Below are positions 1 to 15,195 of a stretch of 19,333 nt of DNA, in pieces; the stretch's first letter is position 1, and every line of letters starts with the position of its first letter. A program made the position numbers and the translations under genes. Location of the stretch: positions 1 to 19,333 of the forward strand of contig CAXHJY010001007.1 of assembly GCA_964016885.1 (NCBI GenBank), read 5' to 3'. This DNA comes from Eledone cirrhosa (lineage: Eukaryota). Under the pieces are notes generated by a model. It was given only the letters and a program-made list of their open reading frames with translations, did not search any database and had not been told where the DNA came from.

Positions 1-77
1 AGTTGCTATTATAATGACTTAAAAATCCATTAAAATTACTCTATAGACAAAATAGCTTGGTTAGCAGCCAATATGAT

Positions 78-185
78 AAATCGAACTTCGTAACCTGCAG
101 ATTCCATTTGCTGCTCTCAACGTAGACTTAAATGTCATCTGACAGAGGTCGTTTAGCTCAATAGTTAAAGCAGTTAGTCGGATTC
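78..185. repeat. Degenerate inverted pair of tRNA/SINE-head-like segments
   Basis: The + strand has A-box-like TAGCTCAATAGTTAAAGC (154-171). The - strand reads GTTGAGAGCAGC...GGAATCTGCAGGTTACGAAGTTCGA with B-box-like GTTCGA (81-86). A central TGTCA-TC-TGACA hairpin lies at 133-144. No full cloverleaf. Confidence 0.25.
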
Positions 186-380
186 TTAAAGAAATGCCAA
201 TTGTCTGCCTTGTGGAATCTGGAGTACCCCAGCCGTCCATATGGGTTAGTTTATCCGAATTTTAAGGTTTTATTTATAGGAAACGACTGTGTTTACGGTT
301 ATTTCATTTTATATGGACTCTTCAGCACTGCGAATGTCCGATGCTTTACGTATAGTGTTGGGCATATATATATATATATA

Positions 381-672
381 TATTCTGTTCTACGCCATGT
401 TCTGTCATACGCCAAACAAGATGGCGTAGGACGGAATAAAGGAGAGGCACAAAAACAAAGAAAAGAATCCCAGTCACTGAAGAGGTCACATGTGTGAATG
501 TGTGACGAAAGAACTTTGACAATATATAAACAATCATCTGGTTGAGGAACCAACCAACCAACCGGAAATTTATAAATTCCTGAATTTATATATTTATTAT
601 AACAAATTGAAGTGAAAGTAACTGGTGCGTGTGTTTCTTATTTGCAACATGACCCTCCTAAAGTATAACAAT
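381..672 (+). mobile_element. Hammerhead-containing non-autonomous retroelement / Penelope-like pLTR remnant, family A copy 1
   Basis: Flanked by TA on both sides, with a 5' hairpin and a hammerhead motif. 517-672 is repeated at 13013-13164, and its 3' part is repeated inverted at 12893-12988. Confidence 0.65.
473..520 (+). ncRNA. Minimal type I hammerhead ribozyme
   Basis: Stem I GTCA(473-476)/TGAC(517-520); core CTGAAGA (477-483) plus one extra G; stem II GTCACATGT/ATGTGTGAC with GTGA (GNRA) loop; GAAA (507-510); tiny stem III G-AA-C; CUU cleavage triplet ending at 516. Confidence 0.75.
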
Positions 673-1038
673 AAATATATATATATAAATATATATATAT
701 ATAAATATATTTATATAAATATATAAATATATATATATATAAATATATAAATTTAAATATATATAAATATAAATATATATAAATATAAATATATATAAAT
801 ATAAATATATATAAATATATATATATATTTATAAATATATATATATATAAATATATATATATAAATATATATATATAATTATAAATATATATATATAAAT
901 ATAAATATATATATATAAATATAAATATATATATAAATATAAATATATATATAAATAAATATAATATAATATATAAATATATATATAAATATATATATAA
1001 ATATAAATATATATATAAATAAATATAAATATATATAA

Positions 1039-1069
<31 letters not shown>

Positions 1070-1577
1070 AATATATATAAATATATATATATATATATAA
1101 ATATATATATAAATATATATATATAAATATATATATATAAATATATATATTATAAATATATATATATATGAATATAAATATATGAAAATATATATATGTA
1201 TAAATATAAATATATATATATATATATAAATATATATATATATAAATATATATAAATATAAATATGTATAGATATAAATATGTATAAATATATATATGTA
1301 TAAATATAAATATATATAAATATATATATGTATAAATATAAATATATATATAAATATAAATATAAATACAAATATATATATATAAATATAAATATAAATA
1401 CAAATATATATATATATATATATAAATATATATATATAAATATAAATATATATATATAAATATAAATATAAATATATATAAATATAAATATATATATAAA
1501 TATATACATTTATATATAAATATATACATATATAAATATATACATATATATATAAATATATACATATAAATATATAT

Positions 1578-1610
<33 letters not shown>

Positions 1611-1619
1611 AATATATAC

Positions 1620-1650
<31 letters not shown>

Positions 1651-1695
1651 AATATATATAAATATATATATATATATAAATATATACATATAAAT

Positions 1696-1758
<63 letters not shown>

Positions 1759-1793
1759 TATACATATAAATATAAATATATATATATATAAAT

Positions 1794-1824
<31 letters not shown>

Positions 1825-2015
1825 AATATATACATATAAATATATATATATATAAATATATATATATATAAATATATATATATATAAATATATACATATA
1901 AATATATACATATAAATATATATATATAAATACATATATATATATATATATAAATATATATATAAATATATACATATAAATATATACATATAAATATATA
2001 TATAAATACATATAT

Positions 2016-2048
<33 letters not shown>

Positions 2049-2319
2049 AATATATATATATATGTATAAATATATATATATATGTATAAATATATATATA
2101 TATGTATAAATATATATATATAAATATATAAATATATATATATATATAAATATATAAATATAAATATATGTATATATATAAATATATATATAAATATATA
2201 TATAAATATATATATATATAAATATATATATAAATATATATATATATATAAATATATATATGTATATAAATATATATATATATATAAATATATATATGTA
2301 TATAAATATATATATATAA

Positions 2320-2352
<33 letters not shown>

Positions 2353-2363
2353 AATATATATGT

Positions 2364-2422
<59 letters not shown>

Positions 2423-2530
2423 TATAAATATATATATAAATATATATATATATAAATATATATAAAAATATATATATAAATATATATATAAATATATATA
2501 TAAATATATATAAATATATATAAATATATA
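673..2530. repeat. Interrupted (TA)n/TATAAA microsatellite array
   Basis: Direct inspection: TA runs broken by AAA and occasional CA/TG. Confidence 0.97.
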
Positions 2531-2790
2531 TGACTATTTAGAACACTGGTTTATATAGAAGCTATTTAGAACACTGGTTTAACCGCTTTACATCCCTCCG
2601 AAGAAGAGATATTATCTCGAAAATTAAGGACATTTAAATAAATCTAATGTAAAAGACTAATTCTCAACAATATCTTTACATTTGCATTCTTTATTCTATG
2701 TCCATACCTGCATTGTTTTGGCTAAATTATAAATATACAAACGTTTATACCTCATTACACATTGCTTAAAGTGAACTATAACCTTATCAA
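2531..2790 (+). mobile_element. Penelope-like pLTR remnant inserted in TA array
   Basis: Non-TA island with a 19-bp direct repeat (CTATTTAGAACACTGGTTT), a hammerhead-like motif and AATAAA at 2637-2642. Confidence 0.5.
2593..2630 (+). ncRNA. Minimal hammerhead ribozyme variant (CCGAAGA core)
   Basis: CCT/AGG stem I; CCGAAGA (2598-2604) plus an extra A; stem II GAGAT-ATT-ATCTC; GAAA (2619-2622); palindromic AATT stem III; UUA triplet. Confidence 0.6.
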
Positions 2791-5498
<2,708 letters not shown>

Positions 5499-5573
5499 TA
5501 TAAAAAAAAGAGATGAAATCGAAAATGCAACTGGAGCCTTATTTTTAAAAAAAATATATATTTTTATTTGGTT

Positions 5574-5611
5574 CCTTTACCGGTTTCGCAGTTCTTCTGC
5601 TTTTCAAAAGG
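5574..5611 (-). ncRNA. Minimal type I hammerhead ribozyme, U3-A8 variant
   Basis: Minus strand reads CCTT-TTGAAAA-GCAG-AAGAA-CTGC-GAAA-CCGG-TA-AAGG: perfect stems I and II, palindromic ACCGGT stem III, GUA triplet. Confidence 0.8.
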
Positions 5612-5683
5612 TGAGTTGAGAAGGAGGGTCTGTGGTTTTTCTCACATCTGTGAGAAAAACCACAGACCCTCCTTCTCAACTCA

Positions 5684-5721
5684 CCTTTTGAAAAGCAGAA
5701 GAACTGCGAAACCTGTAAAGG
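5684..5721 (+). ncRNA. Minimal type I hammerhead ribozyme, U3-A8 variant (mirror copy)
   Basis: CCTT-TTGAAAA-GCAG-AAGAA-CTGC-GAAA-CCTG-TA-AAGG; one substitution breaks the stem III palindrome. Confidence 0.75.
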
Positions 5722-5862
5722 AACCAAATAAAAATATATATTTGTTTTAAAAATAAGGCTCCAGTTGCATTTTCGATTTCATCTCTTTTTCTTTATACTT
5801 TCACTCGTGTAGGATACCTCGGTTATTTTTCATTTTGTAAAAAAAAACCTCACTTTCTAATA

Positions 5863-8850
<2,988 letters not shown>

Positions 8851-9574
8851 ATTAACCATATATGGTTAATTATGCTAATTGGGAGAAGAAACGGTATATA
8901 TTTTATGTAGTGATTCTATAGACATGTTTTATGATATATATATATAAATATATACAGAAGATCCCATTGTATATACTTATATATACATATATATTTATGA
9001 ACTGGTATATATTTATTTATATATATATATTTAACTATATATGATTGTGTATATATATATATGACCGAGAGAGAGATTTGTTTTGCAAGGTTTTTGATAT
9101 GAAATCGTATTTCTGGCTATATAACAATATGACCCTCCCAAGTATATTTATTTATTTATATATAGTAATAATAAATTTGAAGACTAAACTCCAAAGAGGG
9201 CTCGATGAGGATAAATATATATCAAATATATAAGAACTATAGAGCAAATATTTATTAAAATAATAGATTAAAGTTTAAGCAAAGAATCGCTGCTTTTACT
9301 CTTAACGGAATCTTCTGAAACTCAGAAGATTCCATTAAGTGTGAAAGCAGCGATTCTTTGCTTAAACTTTAATCTGTTATTTTAATAAATATTTGCTCTA
9401 TAGTTCTTATACATTTGATATTTGATATATATTTATCCTCATCGAGCCCTCTTTGGATTTTAGTTTTCAAATTTATTATTACTATATATAAATATATATA
9501 TAAATATACTTGGGAGGGTCATATTGTTATATAGCCAGAAATACGATTTCATATCAAAAACCTTGCAAAACAAA

Positions 9575-9626
<52 letters not shown>

Positions 9627-9711
9627 CAATCATATATAGTTAAATATATATATATATAAATATATACCAGTTCATAAATATATATGTACATATAAGTATA
9701 TACAATGGGAT
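8851..9711. mobile_element. Large palindromic element (family C), ~360-390-bp arms
   Basis: 8961-9318 is the reverse complement of 9322-9711 around an AAC spacer, with scattered substitutions and microsatellite length differences. Unique sequence continues left to ~8851. Confidence 0.75.
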
Positions 9712-9960
9712 ATATATAAATATATATGTGTGTGTGTTTATGTGGTGTAATGTAGCACTTCAACAAACAAGTTTGATAAAATAAGTATTAAACTTACAAA
9801 CATTATTTCTGCTCTATACGATATAATGTGGCACAACTTCCTATCTAGTGATCACAAGTATCTGATTTGTTAGAAATAGCAGTTAAATCTACATTAAAAT
9901 CACACCCCTTGCCATTTTAAACACAGAAAGAGAAATTAGATAATATAGTCCTTGACGGGA

Positions 9961-10114
9961 GACGGGAAAGCTTCAGAATTATTAGAATGTTCTGTAATAT
10001 TTGAACCAGGTCTCCTAGTTCAAATCCTACCAAAGTCAACCTTGCATTTCTTCCTTTTGTTGTCGATAAAAAAAAAAATATTCAACGACATACCAGTCAA
10101 GTACTGGTGTCGAT
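9961..10114 (+). mobile_element. Decayed tRNA-derived SINE with Nin-domain-like core
   Basis: B-box-like AGTTCAAATCC (10017-10027) followed by AAAGTCAACCTTGCATTTCTTCCTTTTGTTGTCGATAAAA...TACCAGTCAAGTACTGGTGTCGAT. This resembles, from memory, the Nin-domain SINE core abundant in Octopus. No database search was run. Confidence 0.55.
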
Positions 10115-11209
10115 TCTTCATCTATATCTCTTTGTAGCGTCCATTCTTTCACTCACTCTCTCTCTGACATTTTCTAGAAGAATCGTCTATGTTCAGACCT
10201 GGAATGGCGATGAGTTCAGCCAGATTTAAAATTCCCAACGACGTCCCTATTATTCCATTAGGATTTACAGAGTCATACATACAAACATACAACCCCTGAA
10301 TTACTATGTCTCAGAATTAGACCCTCGTAACCCTGACAAACCAATAATACCTCATAAAAAAGCACCCAGATACATTTGCCCTAATCCTAATTAATTTATC
10401 ATTTAAAAAAAAATCCTTTAAATTGTTGTTAGAAATACTGAATATCCGATGTTCAAAATATAACCGGTAGAGAGTATTTTATAAATTTATATCAATCGTA
10501 AAATATTTAATAATAAATTAAATTAAATTTTAAGTAGATAGATGTGACGTGTTAAAGGATTCGTAGGTTAAAATGTGTCTACAACAAATCTGCATTAAAA
10601 CTAAAAACTATTCTTAAAATAATTTTGAAGAAAAAATAATTAATAAACGAGTGGTTTCAACATTTAATTTATGTCAGATAATATATCATGTTATGTAACT
10701 ATTAAGTTAAGATTAAAGTACTGGGAGAGTTACCTTCTCCTGATTCAAACGGAATTTATCTATCACTTACTGAATGGCCGCTTGGTGACGCTCAGACCGA
10801 CCGTCTGGATGCCTGGCCGCTTTACAAGTGTTAATGATAAAGAATTTCGATAGCTTCACACACACATTGACGCACACACGTATAATACAGAATATGTGGG
10901 CTGACTAAAATAGAAAAAGAGACCAAGTGCCAAGTTACATAAGAGGATTTAGTTCCATCCATTTTCTTTCTTTTAAACAGTCATTGTTGAAATATTAACG
11001 AGGCCAAACATTAAGCTATTTTCTATCTATTATTCACCTGACAATAATATAATTGCGGCTTATATGCGATTACAAAACAAAATATTTAATATATTTATGA
11101 TATATATTATATTATAGATTTATTGTATAGAATAAATATCTAATGTTTCTACTGTTCCAACTCACAAGCATAGCATAAGTTAGTTTCTTTCATACATAAA
11201 AACAACTCT

Positions 11210-11680
11210 GTATATGTATATATATATATATATACTTATATATAGATATATACACATAGAAAAACATACATTATATATATATACATACATATATATATAT
11301 ATATTATATACGTACATATCTATCTATATATTTACATATGTATAGATAACATGTATAGTTATGTATTTAATTATATAAATATGTATAAATATATATACAT
11401 ACACCTTTATAGCTATGTGGGTATGTATACATATCAATATAGTTACATATATATACCTACATTTATATATATATATATAAATATATACGTTTATACATAT
11501 GTATACCTATATACTTACATACATACATACAAATATAACTTCATATATATATACATGTATAAATATAACGGTATATATATACATATGTATTTATAAAAAT
11601 ACATTTATATTTACACATATACATTCATACATACATATTTGTATATATTTATATATACATACATATGCATCCATCCATAT

Positions 11681-11721
<41 letters not shown>

Positions 11722-11735
11722 GTCATCCATCCATC

Positions 11736-11779
<44 letters not shown>

Positions 11780-11808
11780 CATAATGATCCATCCATCCAT
11801 ATATATAT

Positions 11809-11839
<31 letters not shown>

Positions 11840-12240
11840 ATCATCCGTCCATTTATATATATATATACATACATAATCATCCGTCCATATATATATATAC
11901 ACACACACATATTCATCCATCCATATATACATACATACATATCCATCCATACATATATGTACACATATTCATCCATACATACATACATATTCATCCATAC
12001 ATATATACATACATACATATTCATCTATACATACATACATACATACATATTCATCTATACATACATACATACATACATATTCATCCATACATATATGTAC
12101 ACATATCCATCCATACATACATACATACATATTCATACATACATATATACATACATACATATTCATCTATACATACATACATACAAATCCATCCATACAT
12201 ATATGTACACATATCCATCCATCCATACATATATATACTT
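11210..12240. repeat. Compound (TA)/(TACA)/(TCCA) microsatellite-minisatellite
   Basis: ATAC and ATCC units, with ~26-30-bp repeats such as TCATCTATACATACATACATACATACATAT around 11960-12180. Confidence 0.9.
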
Positions 12241-12547
12241 ATTGGTCCCTCTCAGGAGACGTGAATATCATCCAATGAAACAATATATATTTTCTGGCAT
12301 TCTTTACATGCCTATATATATATATATGTGTATATATTTATACACGCTGGTTAAACATACTGTATTTATACAGATATAGCTTTATCATACACTCTGCCTG
12401 CTAGTACACTTCTCTCTATATATCTAATTTTATTAAACAGTAACATGTATGTTAATGATATAGAACGCAGTAGTCTCTTTGAGAATAACATTGGTTTATA
12501 CACCCACTAAATACTGGTTTCCTTGTGGTTGGTTGGATAATATACAC

Positions 12548-12587
12548 ATCTTCTGATGACGGTTGAAAACGATTCGAAAATAAATAT
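12548..12587 (+). ncRNA. Degenerate hammerhead-like motif
   Basis: CTGATGA (12553-12559) and GAAA (12576-12579) are correctly ordered, but stem II is wobble-rich and stem I is mismatched. Confidence 0.3.
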
Positions 12588-12860
12588 ATTTCAATTTACA
12601 GGGAAAGGCCTACATATTATATATGTATATATAATTATTATACCCTGTATTCATACAAATATAGTTTTATTTATGTATAAATATAATGGCATATATATGG
12701 ATAAATTTAATGGTATATATATATATATATATATAAATGAAAAGTATAGAAATTATTATGAGCAAGAAGCACACAGTATTTCATAATATATAAGTGACTA
12801 TAGCGTCAAAATGGGAAAATAGTTAACGTAAGATGTGGCAAAAATAATTCAAATTCAATT

Positions 12861-12892
<32 letters not shown>

Positions 12893-12898
<6 letters not shown>

Positions 12899-13222
12899 AT
12901 ACTTTGGGAGGGTCATGTTGCCAATAAGAAACACACGCACCAGTTACTTTCACTTCAATTTATTATATATTTATAAATTTATAAATTTACAAATCTACAA
13001 ACTTATAAATTATGACTATATATATAAACAACTATCTGGTTGTGGAACCAACCAACCAACCAGAAATTTATAATTTATAAATTTATAAATATATAATAAA
13101 TTGAAGTGAAAGTAACTGGTGCGTGTTTCTTATTGGCAACATGACCCTCCCAAAGTATAACAATATCGGTTTCAACACACGATTTCAGATAAAGAATCTT
13201 GCTAAACAAATTCAGAAACGAA
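12893..13222. mobile_element. Family A copy 2: inverted short arm, filler, long arm
   Basis: 12893-12988 is the reverse complement of ~13071-13164. The long arm 13013-13222 is homologous to 517-672 and extends further. TA on both sides. Confidence 0.75.
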
Positions 13223-13243
13223 ATATATATATATATATATATG

Positions 13244-13435
13244 TATAACGAAAGAAATGTGGTAAGGAACCGGGTGGACCTTAACGCACCAAAGTACTCA
13301 ATACTTAGGGTAGTAGAGTGGGTAATAGGAACCAGTAAGACCCCGACGGCTGAGCTCAAGCCGTTTCGACGGCTAATTCAGAATTAGCCGTCGAAACGGC
13401 TTGAGCTCAGCCGTCGGGGTCTTACTGGTTCCTAT
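13244..13435. mobile_element. Family B copy 1: perfect 55-bp-arm palindrome plus one-sided tail, containing hammerhead 3' half
   Basis: 13325-13379 and 13381-13435 form a perfect inverted repeat. The long arm 13244-13379 matches 14973-15108 (9 differences in ~136 nt by eye). Confidence 0.8.
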
Positions 13436-13717
13436 ATATATGTATATATATATATATATTCAAAAATGTGTGAGATCCTTGGTACAGTTATGTATATTCC
13501 ACCACTAGATCTACCAACTCATAATATTATAAAATTAAATCAAATTATTGAGAACTACAACTGAAGTCATTCTTTTCCTTTTTTTCAAATATATATATTT
13601 TCACATCTCTCTCTATATATATACATATATATCTATCTATATACATATATATTTACATCTATAATATATGTATGTATATATATATATAAATATATATTTA
13701 TATATATACATATTTAC

Positions 13718-13754
13718 AATAATTGTTTCTACTTTAGGCACAAGGCCAGCAATT
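13718..13754 (-). mobile_element. SINE 3'-tail fragment
   Basis: Minus strand AATTGCTGGCCTTGTGCCTAAAGTAGAAACAATTATT resembles, from memory, the 3' end of the same Octopus-type SINE. Confidence 0.4.
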
Positions 13755-13854
13755 ATCCAGTGCATTACTGGTACAATAATAACATTAATAAAGACCATTC
13801 AACATATACATATTTATACACACTCTCTCACACACATATATATATTATATTATA

Positions 13855-13909
<55 letters not shown>

Positions 13910-13916
13910 TCGGATC

Positions 13917-13955
13917 TAGCTGTCAAAACGGCCGGAACTCAGCCGCCAGGGTCCT
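13917..13955 (+). mobile_element. Family B diverged fragment
   Basis: TAGCTGTCAAAACGGCCGGAACTCAGCCGCCAGGGTCCT matches family B TAGCCGTCGAAACGGCTTGAGCTCAGCCGTCGGGGTCCT at 32/39. Embedded in TA. Confidence 0.6.
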
Positions 13956-13961
13956 GAATCT

Positions 13962-14010
<49 letters not shown>

Positions 14011-14122
14011 AAAAAATAGAGCAAGTTTCGTTTACATATAAAAGATATTTGTGTATCGACCTGTTACGCGTATAGAGAGCTTGATTTGGTACCAACACCT
14101 GTAACTCACTAAATAACCTACA

Positions 14123-14160
<38 letters not shown>

Positions 14161-14309
14161 TTACATATCTATATATATATATATATATATACATATCTAT
14201 ATATATATATATATATATATATATTTAAAAGAATAGAGGTGTAACACACGAGTTATGATATATTGGTAAAAGGAAAAGATATATATATATATTCCGATAT
14301 ATCTATCTG

Positions 14310-14341
<32 letters not shown>

Positions 14342-14520
14342 TCCGTACATCTCTATCTATATATATACATATATATATATATACATATATATATATACAC
14401 GCATCCGTACATATCTATCTATATATATACATATATATAGATAAGTAGCTATGTGTATGTATATATTTTTATATACACATATAGATACCTACATATCTAT
14501 ACATTCATACTTTACTTTAC

Positions 14521-14556
<36 letters not shown>

Positions 14557-14850
14557 ACCTACATATATGCATACTTCTATATACATATAACAATATATAT
14601 ATACATATAACAATATATATATATATATATATATATAGTACATAGATGTGTTTGTGCATAGAACACATAAACAGAAGTTGTCGGTAGGTTGATAGTTCAT
14701 TGTTTTACGATCGTTTGAAAGGGTCGATTGATCGATGGAGATCGATGTATCGACTAGCTTGGTAGTGGTTAAGTTACTACCTATTCCTAGTCTAGAAATC
14801 CCCGTTCAATCGGCCGTATTCCTCAGAAACACTAAACTGATTTCATTTGC

Positions 14851-14881
<31 letters not shown>

Positions 14882-14886
<5 letters not shown>

Positions 14887-15108
14887 AACGAGTAGGACCC
14901 CGACGGCTGAGCTCAAGTCGTTTCGACGGTTATTCTCATATATATATATATATATATATGAATATATATAGCGAATTAGCCGTCGAAATGGCTTGAGCTC
15001 AGCCGTCGGGGTCCTACTCGTTCCTATTACCCACTCTACTACCCTACGTGTTGAGTACTTTGGTGCGTTATGGTCCATCTGGTTCCTTACCACATTTCCT
15101 TCGTTATA
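14882..15108. mobile_element. Family B copy 2: palindrome with TA tract in the centre
   Basis: Short arm 14882-14935 is inverted relative to 14973-15027, with a central TA tract. The long arm runs to 15108. Confidence 0.8.
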
Positions 15109-15195
15109 TAACTTTGAATAACTTTGAAATGTTTTGGCCAGTATTGGCCCAGGCCATGTCTAACTTAATAGCACCACCTGGCGAAGTCTTTCAAT

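Larger units (their letters stand above)
5499..5862. mobile_element. Palindromic hammerhead-bearing element (family D): ~148-bp arms plus one-sided tail
   Basis: 5499-5646 is the reverse complement of 5649-5797 (about 3 substitutions and 1 indel, 2-nt spacer). The right arm continues to ~5862. TA on both sides. Confidence 0.8.

Noticed and set aside
1-200. Functional or mitochondrial tRNA genes
   Set aside because: Only partial box-like motifs; no cloverleaf could be built.
5545-5750. Two near-identical 60-aa ORFs on opposite strands
   Set aside because: A trivial consequence of the palindrome.
9198-9232. CTCGATGA-GGATA...TATC-AAA hammerhead-like motif
   Set aside because: Core is altered, GAAA is missing and there is no stem I.
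8961-9711. A-to-I editing signature in differences between arms
   Set aside because: Differences are mixed transitions and transversions in both directions.
9720-11200. Possible host exon in unique sequence
   Set aside because: Only ~60-aa ORFs with no recognisable motifs; a small exon cannot be excluded.
11351-14700. Short IY/HT/MC-rich ORFs
   Set aside because: Microsatellite translations with no domain signal.
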